From Chelatococcus sp. YT9 (GTDB lineage: Bacteria; Pseudomonadota; Alphaproteobacteria; Rhizobiales; Beijerinckiaceae): DNA of 24,000 nucleotides. Under the pieces are notes generated by a model that was given only the letters and a program-made list of their open reading frames with translations, had not been told where the DNA came from and made no database searches. The stretch is taken from positions 22,637-46,636 of the forward strand of contig NZ_JAHBRW010000002.1 of the NCBI RefSeq assembly GCF_018398315.1, in the 5' to 3' direction. A program made the position numbers and the translations under genes. Positions within the stretch are counted from its first letter, which is position 1, and every line of letters starts with the position of its first letter. Below are positions 1 through 10,337 of this stretch, piece by piece.

Positions 1-2
1 TA

Positions 3-275
3 TCATGTGCGTATCACCTTCATGCCGTCCTCGACGGGGGTGGAGCAGGCGCGCAGGCGCCCCCTGCCCTGCACGGTGACCCAGCAGTCCTGGCATGCGC
101 CCATCCAGCAGAAACCGGCACGTGGACCATCACCGAACTCGCTCATGCGGACACGGCCATCGACGGCGAGGATCGCGACGAGCAGCGTGTCGCCAACGAG
201 CGCTTCAGTCTTCAAACCGTCCAGCGTGAAGCTGACCGCAGGGCGAGCCGTCTCGGCCAAGCGGATGATCCGCAT
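3..275 (-). CDS. (2Fe-2S)-binding protein, opine oxidase / hydroxyproline dehydrogenase small-subunit type; C-terminus cut by window edge
   Basis: Reading in the 3..677 minus ORF: MRIIRLAETARPAVSFTLDGLKTEALVGDTLLVAILAV...FCWMGACQDCWVTVQGRGRLRAC, with plant-type ferredoxin spacing C-x4-C-x2-C-x12-C. An alternative ATG at 329 (MVEHAALKAR...) overlaps the hyuB stop and would give a longer N-terminus. Confidence 0.8.
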   Translation of the reverse strand: MRIIRLAETARPAVSFTLDGLKTEALVGDTLLVAILAVDGRVRMSEFGDGPRAGFCWMGACQDCWVTVQGRGRLRACSTPVEDGMKVIRT

Positions 276-321
276 AGCCTCACCGCCCGCCCCGTCGCGG
301 CGTGCCTTCAGCGCCGCGTGC

Positions 322-1968
322 TCAACCATAGGTGGCCTCCGCCGCCTCGGCCGTGATCGTGCCGTCAGCCACATCGCGGGCGATCGCCTCCCGCGAACGC
401 TCCGCCGCGGGACCATAACCGCCCCCGCCGGGCGTCTGGATGGTGACGATCTGCCCGCGATCGAGCTCGCCCTGGCCGAGCAGAAGCGGCTTCGCGCCCT
501 CGCCGAGATCGAGATGCGAGCCGGAGGCCTTGGCGCCGCCGAAGAGGCCCCAGGGCTGCGAGCGGATGCGCGAGGTGTCGAACTCGATCCGGCAATCGGC
601 TTCGGCGCGGTAGACGCGGCGCAGTCCGAGGCCGCCGCGATGGCGGCCGGCGCCGCCCGAGCCTTCCGCAAGCTCATAGCGCAGCACGGTCAGCGGATAT
701 TCCACCTCCAGCGCCTCCACCGGCAGGTTCGACGTATTCGTCATGTGGACGTGGACCCCGTCGAGACCGTCCTTGTGAGGCCGGGCGCCGAAACCGCCGC
801 CGATGGTCTCGATGTAGATCCAAGGATCGCCGTTCGTGGGCTGCACGCCGCTGAAACAGGCCATCATCACCGTGCCGCAGCAGGCAGCCGTCACCCGTTC
901 GGGCACCGCCTTTGCGAGCGCGCCATGCACGAGATCGACGACACGCTGGCTTGGCCCGATGCGGTTGAACACCGCGGCCGGCGCCTTGGCATTGACGACG
1001 GTTCCGACCGGCGCGGTCACCGTCAGAGCGCGCGAAAGGCCCGCGTTCGGCAGGATGGTCGGATCCACCACGGTCTTCACGGCGTAATAGACCGTAGATA
1101 GAAGCGCAGTATAGGTCATGTTGAAGCCGGCGCGCATCTGCGGCGGCGCATCGAAATGGAGGCGCATCGCATCGCCATCAACAGTCACCGAGATGGACAG
1201 CGGCACCTCGCCGTCGAATTCGGGATTGTCGTAGACATCCGCGAAGGTATATGTCCCGTCCGGAATGGTCGCGATACCCGCGCGCATCTTGCGCTCGGCA
1301 TAGTCCATCAGCGCATCGCCAGCGGACAATACGATATCCCTGCCGTATTTCTCACACAACGCCTGCATGCGCTGCACGCCGAGTCGGTTGGCCGCCATCT
1401 GGGCGCGCAGGTCCGACAGACGCTCGCGCGGCACCTGGCAATTGAGCAGGATGAGATCCTGCACGTCCTTCTGCAACGCGCCGGCGCTGTAAAGCCGGAT
1501 CGGCGGGATGCGGATGCCCTCCTGGTAGATATGGGCGTGGCCGCGATCAGCGAAATCGGAATGGTGAGCGGTATTGATCGCCCACGCCACGATCTCCCTC
1601 TCGACGAAGATGGGCTCCGCGAGCACGATATCCGGCAGATGGGTGCCGCCGCCCTCGTAAGCATCGTTGCCGATGAAGACATCGCCCGGCTGCATCTCCG
1701 CCACCGGAAACCGCTTCGTGATCAGCGGGATCATGGCCAGGAAGGAGCCGAGATGCATCGGGATGTGCTCGGCCTGGCAGAGCGTCTCGCCGTTGATCGT
1801 GAACAGCGCCGTCGAGCAGTCGCGACGCTCCTTGATATTGGTGGAATAGCTGGCGCGGACGAGAGCCTCACCCATCTCTTCCACGATGGAGGAGAGCGCG
1901 CTGCCGATGACCTCGACGGTGATCGGATCGACCGCCACGCGCTGGCGGGGGGCGACAAACTGGTTCAT
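322..1968 (-). CDS. Hydantoinase B/oxoprolinase family protein (HyuB-like)
   Basis: 548 aa ORF; DPITVEVIGSALSSIVEEMGEALVRASYSTNIKERRDCSTALF, GDVFIGNDAYEGGGTHLPDI and C-terminal QTPGGGGYG are typical of the family. The start overlaps the upstream hyuA stop (ATGA). Confidence 0.93.
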   Translation of the reverse strand: MNQFVAPRQRVAVDPITVEVIGSALSSIVEEMGEALVRASYSTNIKERRDCSTALFTINGETLCQAEHIPMHLGSFLAMIPLITKRFPVAEMQPGDVFIGNDAYEGGGTHLPDIVLAEPIFVEREIVAWAINTAHHSDFADRGHAHIYQEGIRIPPIRLYSAGALQKDVQDLILLNCQVPRERLSDLRAQMAANRLGVQRMQALCEKYGRDIVLSAGDALMDYAERKMRAGIATIPDGTYTFADVYDNPEFDGEVPLSISVTVDGDAMRLHFDAPPQMRAGFNMTYTALLSTVYYAVKTVVDPTILPNAGLSRALTVTAPVGTVVNAKAPAAVFNRIGPSQRVVDLVHGALAKAVPERVTAACCGTVMMACFSGVQPTNGDPWIYIETIGGGFGARPHKDGLDGVHVHMTNTSNLPVEALEVEYPLTVLRYELAEGSGGAGRHRGGLGLRRVYRAEADCRIEFDTSRIRSQPWGLFGGAKASGSHLDLGEGAKPLLLGQGELDRGQIVTIQTPGGGGYGPAAERSREAIARDVADGTITAEAAEATYG

Positions 1969-4016
1969 GCGTCTTCCAGGATCAGGTTGAGATAAGGATC
2001 GACGTGAGCCGACATGCCGGGAAGCACGACGGTGGTCGTGTCCATCTGCTCGACGATGGCCGGCCCCTCGATGCGGTTGCCGGTGGCGAGGGCCTCACGG
2101 GAATAGACGGGGCATGTCACGAAGCCGCCCGCCTCAGGCATCCACACCTCGCGCGATCCAACCCGCGCCGAGGATGCATCCGTACCCTGGTCGCTCATCG
2201 GCTCGAAGCGGGCCTTACGGACGACGCCTGCAGCCTCGACGCGGAAGGTCACGAGCTGGATGGTTTCACCCTCCGCGATGAAGCCATACATGCGTTTGTG
2301 GGCGGCCTCGAAGCCGGCGGCCAGCGCATCAAGCGTCGCCTTGGTGACCGGGCCGTCCGGCAGCGGGATCGAGAGCTCGTAGTTCTGTCCCTGATAGCGC
2401 ATGTCGACGGTGCGCGTCAGCCGGCGCGAGGCCGGAAGGATACCTTCGTTCTCAAGCCACCCGTCGGCGTCCTTGAGGAGGCCGACGAAAGCCTCTTCGA
2501 TCGTCGGCAGGATATCGGCTTTCAGGACCATGAGCCGCGTCGTCGCGAAGTCGGCGCGCAGATCGGTCAGCAGGAGCCCCATGGCGCAGAGAATGCCGGG
2601 ATAGCGCGGAACCAGAATGCGCTTCATATCGAGCTCGCGCGCCAGCCGCGCGGCATGGAGCGGCCCGGCACCGCCGAAGGCCGCGAGGGCGTAGTCCCGC
2701 GGATCATGGCCGCGCTGCACGGAGATGACGCGGATGGCGCGCGCCATATTCGCCGTCACCACCGAAATGATGCCCTGCGCCGTCGCCATGACATCCATGC
2801 CGAGCTTTTCGGCAAGGAGTCCGATCGCGGCCTTGGAGAGATCCTGGCGGATGGCCATGCGGCCGGCGAGCAGATGCGTCGGGTTGAGGGTCTGGAGGAC
2901 GACGTTGGCATCCGTCACAGCCGGTTCCGTCGAGCCCTTGTCGTAGCAGACCGGGCCGGGGAAGGCGCCACAGCTCTGCGGGCCCACCTTCAGCAGTCCA
3001 CCCGTGTCGATATGCGCGATCGAACCGCCGCCCGCCCCGACGGTGTGGATGTCGAGCATGGGCGCCTTGATCGGGTAGCCATGGACGATCGCCTCGCTGG
3101 TGAGGCGACACTGGCCGTCATGCAGAAGGGCGACGTCCGTCGAGGTGCCGCCCATGTCGAAGGTGATGAGGCGCTCCATGCCCGTCATCTGACCGATGGC
3201 CTGGGCCGCGACGACACCCGTGGAGGGGCCCGAGAGCACGGTGCGCACGGGCAAGCGCGCCGCCTGCTCGAAACCGATGACCCCGCCGTTCGATTGCGTG
3301 AGGTGCGGCGCGACTTTCAGTCCGAGCTCCTTGAGCCGGCTCGCCAGTCGATGGATGTATTTCTCCATGACCGGACCTAGATAGGCGTTCACGACCGCAG
3401 TCGACATACGCTCATATTCGCGAAATTCCGGCGCGACTTCATGACCGGCGGAGAGAAATACGTCTGGCAATTCTTCTTTGAGGATCTCGAGAACACGCGC
3501 CTCATGCTCGGCACGCACGAAACCATAGAGAAACGAGATAGCGACGGCGGCGACCCCGGCCTCCTTCAGCGTCTTGGCGGCCTCGCGCACGGCCGTCTCG
3601 TCGAGCGCCGTTTCGATGCGGCCATCGTGGCGGACACGTTCGGGCACCTCCAGGCGCAGCGAGCGCGCGACCAGCACCTCCGGCTTGTCGGCATTGAGAT
3701 CATAGAGGTCCGGCCGCTTCTGACGCCCGATTTCGAGAAGATCGCGGAATCCCTCCGTAGTCACGAGGCCCGTCTTGACACCTTTGTGCTGTATAAGCGC
3801 GTTTGTCCCTACAGTCGTTCCATGTCCCAGATACGCGATAGCGCTCGCCGCAATTCCGATTTTCTCGATTCCTTGCTGAACACCCTCGGAAATACCACGC
3901 GAGGGATCATCCGGCGTCGATGACACCTTCCAGACCACGACCTCGCCGCTGTTGTCCTCGAACATACAAACGTCCGTGAAGGTGCCGCCTGAATCGACGC
4001 CAATTCTCCAGACCAT
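1965..4016 (-). CDS. Hydantoinase A/oxoprolinase family protein (HyuA-like)
   Basis: 683 aa ORF; N-terminal MVWRIGVDSGGTFTDVCMFE phosphate-binding motif, GGTSTDVALL, HTVGAGGGSIAHID, GPVCYDKG. SD-like GGAGAG upstream of the ATG. Confidence 0.94.
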   Translation of the reverse strand: MVWRIGVDSGGTFTDVCMFEDNSGEVVVWKVSSTPDDPSRGISEGVQQGIEKIGIAASAIAYLGHGTTVGTNALIQHKGVKTGLVTTEGFRDLLEIGRQKRPDLYDLNADKPEVLVARSLRLEVPERVRHDGRIETALDETAVREAAKTLKEAGVAAVAISFLYGFVRAEHEARVLEILKEELPDVFLSAGHEVAPEFREYERMSTAVVNAYLGPVMEKYIHRLASRLKELGLKVAPHLTQSNGGVIGFEQAARLPVRTVLSGPSTGVVAAQAIGQMTGMERLITFDMGGTSTDVALLHDGQCRLTSEAIVHGYPIKAPMLDIHTVGAGGGSIAHIDTGGLLKVGPQSCGAFPGPVCYDKGSTEPAVTDANVVLQTLNPTHLLAGRMAIRQDLSKAAIGLLAEKLGMDVMATAQGIISVVTANMARAIRVISVQRGHDPRDYALAAFGGAGPLHAARLARELDMKRILVPRYPGILCAMGLLLTDLRADFATTRLMVLKADILPTIEEAFVGLLKDADGWLENEGILPASRRLTRTVDMRYQGQNYELSIPLPDGPVTKATLDALAAGFEAAHKRMYGFIAEGETIQLVTFRVEAAGVVRKARFEPMSDQGTDASSARVGSREVWMPEAGGFVTCPVYSREALATGNRIEGPAIVEQMDTTTVVLPGMSAHVDPYLNLILEDA

Positions 4017-4174
4017 GGCCTTGTCTCTCCTCGGATAGAATCCACAACGGATGCGGACCGCCCACGGGGCCGCAACCCGGCAAAGACCTCGCGTTCGCCA
4101 CGCCGAGCAACGCGCTTGTCGCTGATACGACGCAGGCGTGGGGCCTCAACCGCGCCGGACGCCGCCTCAACACA

Positions 4175-4873
4175 TCAAAGCGTGTGTTCGTAGCGGCAAT
4201 TGACCAATAACTCGGCAACTGCCGCAGTATTCGGAAGCGCTACGATAGTACCCACTAGTCGCGCCAGATCCTCCGCCTGGATCATCTCATCTTGCGCCAC
4301 CGAGGGAACATCAGACGTCATCTCGGTGCTGACGTAACCGGGACAGAGCGCGACGGCACGAATACCATGTTCCCAGCCGGCGCGGCGGATGGCGTGATTC
4401 AGCGCCATCACCGCATGTTTGGACATCTGGTAGCCGACATTGAGGCCCATCACACGCTTGCCCGACAACGATGCGACCGTGACGACACGTCCGCGACCGC
4501 TCTGTTTGAGAACCGGAAATGCCGCCCGCGCAAGACGGAATGGAGCCTTCACATTGATATCGAGGAGGGCGTCGAGCATGGCGTCCTCGGCAGCCTCATC
4601 CTCAGCCTCGAGGCCCACATGGCCAAGGATTCCCGCGTTGAGCACGAGGACATCGAGGCCGCCGAAACGCGCGGCGACGGCCTCAACAAGGGCTTTTTCC
4701 TCACCCCTTTCAGCGTCATAGGCGAAGACGGCGGTGTTCTCGCCGACAAGTTCGTCGGGGATACGGGAGGGGTCGCGGACAGCGAGGGCGATGGAAAAGC
4801 CGTGCCGATGCAATTCGAGTGCGATAGCGCGGCCAATCCCACGGGACGCACCCGTGATCAAGGCAATGCTCAA
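4175..4873 (-). CDS. SDR family NAD(P)-dependent oxidoreductase
   Basis: ALITGASRGIGRAIALEL (TGxxxGxG), VLNAGILG (NAG), YQMSKHA (YxxxK), PGYVSTEM. Start chosen at a TTG (LSIALITGASRG) preceded by AGAGAGGAAAG; the ORF track instead gives an upstream TTG at 4996. Confidence 0.87.
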   Translation of the reverse strand: MSIALITGASRGIGRAIALELHRHGFSIALAVRDPSRIPDELVGENTAVFAYDAERGEEKALVEAVAARFGGLDVLVLNAGILGHVGLEAEDEAAEDAMLDALLDINVKAPFRLARAAFPVLKQSGRGRVVTVASLSGKRVMGLNVGYQMSKHAVMALNHAIRRAGWEHGIRAVALCPGYVSTEMTSDVPSVAQDEMIQAEDLARLVGTIVALPNTAAVAELLVNCRYEHTL

Positions 4874-4967
4874 TTCGTCTTTCCTCTCTGGAATTTCCCA
4901 AAAGAGACCAGAGGGGGCCGAACGCGTCAAGACGATTTCGTATGTCAGAACTTGACAGTTATAAGTA

Positions 4968-4982
4968 TTCCGACTATCGGAA
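4968..4982. promoter_or_regulatory. Candidate operator: 15 bp perfect inverted repeat TTCCGA-CTA-TCGGAA in the SDR/IclR divergent promoter region
   Basis: Read directly: ttccga cta tcggaa, ending 3 bp before the IclR ATG. A TTGACA (4952..4957) lies upstream with 17 bp spacing to tatcgg, so the palindrome would overlap the -10. Confidence 0.45.
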
Positions 4983-4985
4983 ACT

Positions 4986-5747
4986 ATGGCTGACAAGACG
5001 ATTTCCGAAACAGTCGAAAAAGCGCTGATCCTGCTGTCCCATCTCGCTGAGGGTGGTCACGATGGTCTTGGCCTCGGAGACGCGGCGGAGCGCGCCGGCA
5101 TCAGCAAGCCAACGGCTCACCGCCTGCTCAATACTCTGGTTCAGCAGGCCTTCGCCGAGCGCCCGCCCTATTCTCGCAACTACCGGCTCGGGCCCGCCAT
5201 TAGCGCGCTTGCACGTGTCGATATCGCAGCCGACCTCCACGGGGAGCGCTGGCGCACCTGCCTTGGGGAGATATCGGCGGGAACCGAGGCGGCCGCCTTT
5301 CTATTCGTGCGGGCGGGTGATGAGGCGCTTTGCGTGGAGGCGAATTTCGGCGCCTTCCTGCTGCCTACACTCTCGTCTGGCATCGGCGGCCGCGTGCCCC
5401 TGGGCTTAGGGCCAGGAAGCATCGCCATCCTGGCAGGCCTCGGCGAGAGCGAAGCCGAGGCCATCCTAGCGCGCAATGCCCCCCGGTTGCGCCTTAGTGC
5501 AACCCGCACGCTCGAAACCTTAAATGGGCAAGTCAAGTCAGCCCGCTGCAACGGCTATGCCTTCGATCCCGGAGAAATACTGGCTGAGGTGCGCGGCGTG
5601 GCTATCGGGGTTGTCCACCATGGCAATTCACTGCCGATGGCTGTCACAACCGCGAGCCTTGCCTCGCGCCTGCCGGAGGATCGCATTTCCGAGACCTGCA
5701 AGCTGATGCGCAAGGCGATAGCCCAGGCCTTGGGTGGGCGCTCTTAA
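4986..5747 (+). CDS. IclR family transcriptional regulator
   Basis: 253 aa; SETVEKALILLSHLAE...LGLGDAAERAGISKPTAHRLLNTLVQQAFAERPP winged helix, followed by an IclR-type effector domain. Divergent from the SDR gene. Confidence 0.9.
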   Translation: MADKTISETVEKALILLSHLAEGGHDGLGLGDAAERAGISKPTAHRLLNTLVQQAFAERPPYSRNYRLGPAISALARVDIAADLHGERWRTCLGEISAGTEAAAFLFVRAGDEALCVEANFGAFLLPTLSSGIGGRVPLGLGPGSIAILAGLGESEAEAILARNAPRLRLSATRTLETLNGQVKSARCNGYAFDPGEILAEVRGVAIGVVHHGNSLPMAVTTASLASRLPEDRISETCKLMRKAIAQALGGRS

Positions 5748-5973
5748 TCCGCGTCAGGTTTCCCGCCCGGAGACGCAGTCAGCGACAGAATCGCCCGACC
5801 GGAAACAAGACGTTGTGATGGCGTCCCTACTAACCCCGCTTTCAATCACGCGGGGTCCCCTCAAGTACATTGGATAGCAGCATTTTTCAGTCGGGATGAG
5901 GCTTAGCAAGCGCCTGCTAGCAGCCACGATCATGGCCGAGGATCTCACCATTCGAAGGCACGCACCCTTAGAA

Positions 5974-5983
5974 TTATCTATAA
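5974..5983. promoter_or_regulatory. Candidate BioR-binding box TTATCTATAA
   Basis: Exact match to the TTATMKATAA BioR consensus described for alphaproteobacterial biotin genes; located in the IclR-bioB intergenic region. Confidence 0.5.
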
Positions 5984-6170
5984 ACGTGATGGCGACGAAA
6001 AGGCGAGACCGCCTTCTGGCCCAATTCTCCGGCAAGCGGCCAGAATGCGAGGGTCCACTCGCATCAGGTGCTCTTAACGCAGCATTCTTTGTCAAACCGA
6101 GGTAGCTTCGGCCTAACCCCATTGTCATGCCTGCACTAGCGAATATGATTTTAGCGATAGAGATTCGTTT

Positions 6171-6180
6171 TTATAGATTG
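6171..6180. promoter_or_regulatory. Degenerate BioR-like box TTATAGATTG upstream of bioB
   Basis: 8/10 match to TTATMKATAA, about 130 bp upstream of the bioB ATG, in an AT-rich stretch that looks like the promoter. Confidence 0.4.
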
Positions 6181-6311
6181 TTTTCACAATGACGGCATAA
6201 GCCACCCCGCAAGACCAGCGCGACCCCTGCCGCATTGTTGGCCGGCAATCTCACCCGCGGGGAGAATTTGCCCAAACTGACATCGAGGGAAACCTTTCCT
6301 ATGGAGAGCCC

Positions 6312-7310
6312 ATGAACGCCAATTTGCATCTGCGCGCGGCCACCGCGCCGCTCGACGGGGTAAGGCCTCTATGGAGTCTCGAGGACGCGCTAGCGATCTA
6401 CGAAATGCCCTTCAACGACCTGATCTTCCGCGCACAGGTCACTCATCGGGCAAACTTCGATCCAAACAGGGTACAATTGTCTCGGCTGCTTTCGATCAAG
6501 ACCGGCGGTTGCCCGGAGGACTGCGCCTATTGCAGCCAGTCGGCTCGCCATAAATCCGGCCTCAGCGCCTCCAAGTTGATGGACGTGCAGCGGGTCCTGA
6601 CCGAGGCGGCGAAAGCGCGTGACCGCGGCGCCACGCGGTACTGCATGGGCGCCGCTTGGCGTAATCCCAAAGAGCGGGACATGGACGTCGTCACGGCCAT
6701 CGTCAAGGGCGTGAAAGCACTTGGCATGGAGACCTGTATGACACTCGGGATGCTGGATCTCGACCAGGCGTTACGCCTGAAGCGGGCCGGGCTCGACTAC
6801 TACAACCACAACATCGACACTTCCGAGCGGTACTACCCTGAGATTATTACCTCGCACAGCTTCCGCGACCGTTTGAACACGCTTGCGAATGTTCGCGACA
6901 GCGGTATCAAAGTCTGCTGCGGCGGTATCCTCGGGATGGGCGAGGATAAGATCGACCGCGTCGCCATGGTGGTGGTGCTGGCCAACCTTCCCGAGCATCC
7001 CCACAGCGTGCCGATCAACATGTTGATCCCGATCGAAGGTACGCCACTCGCCGATGCGGAACCGGTCGAGCCGATAGACTTCGTGCGCATCATAGCGCTT
7101 GCCCGGATTGTGATGCCGAAGTCGCATGTGCGCCTGTCGGCCGGACGCACCGCAATGAGCGACGAGATGCAGGCGCTGTGCTTCCTCGCCGGCGCCAATT
7201 CGATCTTTGTCGGTGAGACGCTCCTGACCGCCGAAAACCCCGAGGAAGACATGGACCATGCTCTGTTCCGGCGCCTCGGTATCCAGCCGATGGAGCGTGA
7301 CGCCCCATGA
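6312..7310 (+). CDS. bioB: Biotin synthase
   Basis: 332 aa; radical SAM motif [47 protein letters not shown]. Confidence 0.98.
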   Translation: MNANLHLRAATAPLDGVRPLWSLEDALAIYEMPFNDLIFRAQVTHRANFDPNRVQLSRLLSIKTGGCPEDCAYCSQSARHKSGLSASKLMDVQRVLTEAAKARDRGATRYCMGAAWRNPKERDMDVVTAIVKGVKALGMETCMTLGMLDLDQALRLKRAGLDYYNHNIDTSERYYPEIITSHSFRDRLNTLANVRDSGIKVCCGGILGMGEDKIDRVAMVVVLANLPEHPHSVPINMLIPIEGTPLADAEPVEPIDFVRIIALARIVMPKSHVRLSAGRTAMSDEMQALCFLAGANSIFVGETLLTAENPEEDMDHALFRRLGIQPMERDAP

Positions 7311-8443
7311 ACAGGAAATCTCTGCTCGACCGCTACGAGGTCAGCCTCAGTGGCCTGGCCCGCAAAAGCCGCTTGCGCTCGCTGAGCCGCCGTACCGGGC
7401 TAGATTTTGCTTCCAACGATTATCTCGCGCTTGCGACCAGCGCGCACATTGCCGCCGCCATTGTAACGGCCGTTGCCAACGGCACGCCTGCCGGCGCCAC
7501 AGGTTCGCGTCTGCTGCGCGGCAATGCCAACGAGCACGAAGCGCTGGAGGCTAAGGCTGCCGGTTTCTTCGGCTCCGAGCGTGCGCTGTTCTTCGGCGGA
7601 GGCTATCTGGCCAACTTCGCCGTGCTCACCACCCTTCCCCAGAAGGGCGACCTCGTCGTGCTCGACGCGCTGATGCATGCCAGCGCCCATGAAGGCGCGC
7701 GCGCCGGCCGTGCCGATGTCGTGAAGGTCCCGCACCGCGATGCTGACGCAGTGGACGATGCGATCAATACCTGGCGGGCGAGCGGCGGCCGCGGGCATGC
7801 GTGGATCGTGGCCGAAAGCCTCTACAGTATGGACGGCGACCGGGCGCCGCTGGACGAACTGGCCGCGATCGCCGACCGCCGTGAGGCATTTCTCTTTATC
7901 GACGAGGCGCACGCGACAGGCGTTTACGGCCCTCGTGGCCGCGGGTTGGCTCATCATCTTGAAGGCCGCGAAAATGTCGTGGTGCTTCATACCTGCGGCA
8001 AAGCACTAGGCGCCTGCGGCGCGCTCGTGACGGCGCCTCGCGTACTATGCGATTATCTCGTCAACCGTTGCCGGCCTTTCATTTACGCAACGGCACCGTC
8101 GCCGCTCATGGCGGTCGCGGCTACAGCCGCCCTCGACATCGTCGCCGCGGAGCAAGAACGCCGCGAACGGCTGGCAAATATGGTGATCACGGCAAGCGAG
8201 CAAGCCGAAGCGTTCGGCTTTAAAACAAGCGGATCGCAGATCATGCCAATCATCATCGGCGACAACATCCGTGTGATGGCCCTGGCCGAGGCGCTGCAGG
8301 CTCGCAATTTCGACGTGCGCGGCATCCGCCCGCCGACAGTGCCCGAGGGCACCGCACGCCTCAGGATCTCGCTGACTCTCAATGTGGAGGAGCCGGATCT
8401 TCTTGCTTTGTTTGAAGCATTGTCTGAGGAATGTTCGCGATGA
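7307..8443 (+). CDS. bioF: 8-amino-7-oxononanoate synthase
   Basis: [52 protein letters not shown] (PLP lysine). ATGA overlap with bioB. Confidence 0.96.
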   Translation: MNRKSLLDRYEVSLSGLARKSRLRSLSRRTGLDFASNDYLALATSAHIAAAIVTAVANGTPAGATGSRLLRGNANEHEALEAKAAGFFGSERALFFGGGYLANFAVLTTLPQKGDLVVLDALMHASAHEGARAGRADVVKVPHRDADAVDDAINTWRASGGRGHAWIVAESLYSMDGDRAPLDELAAIADRREAFLFIDEAHATGVYGPRGRGLAHHLEGRENVVVLHTCGKALGACGALVTAPRVLCDYLVNRCRPFIYATAPSPLMAVAATAALDIVAAEQERRERLANMVITASEQAEAFGFKTSGSQIMPIIIGDNIRVMALAEALQARNFDVRGIRPPTVPEGTARLRISLTLNVEEPDLLALFEALSEECSR

Positions 8444-9078
8444 CGGTCAAGATCGTCGTGACGGGCACGGACACCGGCATTGGCAAGACTGTCTTCGCGG
8501 CAGGTCTCGCCACGCTGCTCGGGGGCATATACTGGAAGCCGGTGCAGTCGGGCGTCGAGGCCGAGATCGACAGCGAGATCGTAGCACGGCTGGCCGGCCT
8601 GCCCAGCGAGCGGATCCTACCCGAGGCGTGGCGTCTGAGAGAACGGCTGTCGCCGCACCGCGCCGCTGAACTCGAAAACGTGGACATCGACGCAGAAGCG
8701 CTTGCCCTGCCCACGACACGGCTGCCTCTTATTGTCGAAGGCGCCGGCGGGTTGATGGTGCCGGTTGATCGGCGCACTCTCTTTATCGACATCTTCGCAC
8801 GTTGGGGGGCTCCGGTTGTGCTCTGCGCCCGCACCGGGCTTGGCACGATCAATCATACGCTTCTATCGATCGAAGCCCAGCGGCATCGCTCCGTTCCACT
8901 TCTAGGTGTGGCCTTCATCGGCGATGAGATGATTGATACGCAGCGCACCATTGCGGAGATGGGCAGAACGCGCGTGCTCGGCCGCCTACCACATCTCGAT
9001 CCTTTGACGCCGAAATCGTTGGCCCAGACTATGCGGGCAAACTTCAATGCCGCCGACTTTCTGAACGCCACACCATGA
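8440..9078 (+). CDS. bioD: Dethiobiotin synthetase
   Basis: [25 protein letters not shown]-loop, YWKPVQSG, VEGAGGLMVPV. ATGA overlap with bioF; the ORF track gives an upstream ATG at 8431. Confidence 0.95.
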   Translation: MTVKIVVTGTDTGIGKTVFAAGLATLLGGIYWKPVQSGVEAEIDSEIVARLAGLPSERILPEAWRLRERLSPHRAAELENVDIDAEALALPTTRLPLIVEGAGGLMVPVDRRTLFIDIFARWGAPVVLCARTGLGTINHTLLSIEAQRHRSVPLLGVAFIGDEMIDTQRTIAEMGRTRVLGRLPHLDPLTPKSLAQTMRANFNAADFLNATP

Positions 9079-10337
9079 AACGGTCTGCGGTTTGGCATCC
9101 ATTCACGCAGCATGCGACCGAACCGGCGCCACTTAAAATCAGGCAGACAGAGGGCGCTTATGTCGTGACATCCGACGAAAGGCGCGTCCTCGACGCGATC
9201 TCATCGTGGTGGGTCATCACCCACGGCCATCGACACCCCAAGATCGCTAATGCAATCCGCACGGCAACCGAAACGCTTGACCAGATGATCTTCGCCGGCC
9301 TAACTCACGAACCCGCGGAAAAACTGGCGTCGGCCCTCGTCGAGATTGCACCTGCCGATCTTGACTGGGTGTTTTATTCCGACAGCGGCTCCACCAGTGT
9401 CGAAGTAGCGCTGAAGATGGCACTCGGCTTCCACCGCAATACTGGCGGCATACGCCACCGCATCATCGTCATGGAGCACGGCTACCATGGAGATACGATT
9501 GGAACCATGAGCGTCGGCGCCCGCGGTGTCTTCAACGCCGCCTACGATCCACTGCTGTTCGAGGTCGACACTATTCCCTTTCCTGCGCCTGGTCGCGAGC
9601 AGGCGTCGCTTGACCGCTTTGAGGCGCTTACCCGCGACGGCCGGGCTGCGGCCCTCATCGTCGAGCCACTCGTGCTGGGCGCCGGCGGCATGCGGATTTA
9701 CCCGCCCCGGGTGCTGACCGAACTGAAGCGTATTGCCGAGAACTCCGGCACTCTGCTGATCGCCGATGAGGTCATGACTGGCTGGGGACGCACCGGTACC
9801 ATGTTCGCTTGCGAACAAGCAGGCATCTCGCCCGATATCCTCTGCACGTCGAAGGGCCTCACGGGCGGTTCGGTGCCACTGGCTGCGACGCTCGCGACCG
9901 ACCAGGTGTTCCGAGCGCATTTCTCGACAGACCGAGCAAAAACTCTCTTCCATTCGAGTTCCTACACAGCGAACCCGATTGCCTGCGCGGCTGCGCTCGC
10001 CAATGTCGAGATCTGGTGCAATGAGCCGGTAGCGAAGCGCGTTTCGGCACTGTCGCGCAAGCAAGCCGAAAACATCGCGCGATTCAACGACGACCCACGC
10101 TTCGAGAATGCACGCGCAATCGGCACCATCGCCGCGCTTGATCTACGCGTGGACAAGCCAGGGTATCTCGCCGAGGTGGGGCCGAAACTCCGCGCGTTCT
10201 TCCTCGAGCGCGGGCTCCTGCTCAGACCCCTCGCCAACGTCATCTACGTGTTGCCACCCTACTGTGTAACCTCTGCCGAACTCGACCGCCTCTATAACGC
10301 CATCGATGAGGCCGCCGAATTAGCGTGCGGCCGATGA
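9075..10337 (+). CDS. bioA: Adenosylmethionine-8-amino-7-oxononanoate aminotransferase
   Basis: [71 protein letters not shown]. Confidence 0.96.
   Translation: MKRSAVWHPFTQHATEPAPLKIRQTEGAYVVTSDERRVLDAISSWWVITHGHRHPKIANAIRTATETLDQMIFAGLTHEPAEKLASALVEIAPADLDWVFYSDSGSTSVEVALKMALGFHRNTGGIRHRIIVMEHGYHGDTIGTMSVGARGVFNAAYDPLLFEVDTIPFPAPGREQASLDRFEALTRDGRAAALIVEPLVLGAGGMRIYPPRVLTELKRIAENSGTLLIADEVMTGWGRTGTMFACEQAGISPDILCTSKGLTGGSVPLAATLATDQVFRAHFSTDRAKTLFHSSSYTANPIACAAALANVEIWCNEPVAKRVSALSRKQAENIARFNDDPRFENARAIGTIAALDLRVDKPGYLAEVGPKLRAFFLERGLLLRPLANVIYVLPPYCVTSAELDRLYNAIDEAAELACGR

Noticed and set aside
2004-3380. 458 aa plus-strand ORF opposite hyuA
   Set aside because: Mirror ORF from high GC third-position bias; the protein is His/Arg/Gly-rich with no domain, while the opposite strand is a clear HyuA.
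4874-4996. N-terminal extension of the SDR ORF (MSAIVSDSRNTYNCQVLTYEIV...)
   Set aside because: It crosses the divergent promoter region and the IclR start; the TTG just before the Rossmann strand has a much better SD and fits family length.
5754-6128. 124 aa minus-strand ORF and 69 aa plus-strand ORF (5896..6105) in the bioB upstream gap
   Set aside because: No recognisable motif and no convincing RBS; the region is better explained as regulatory. Kept only as a possible small-gene question.
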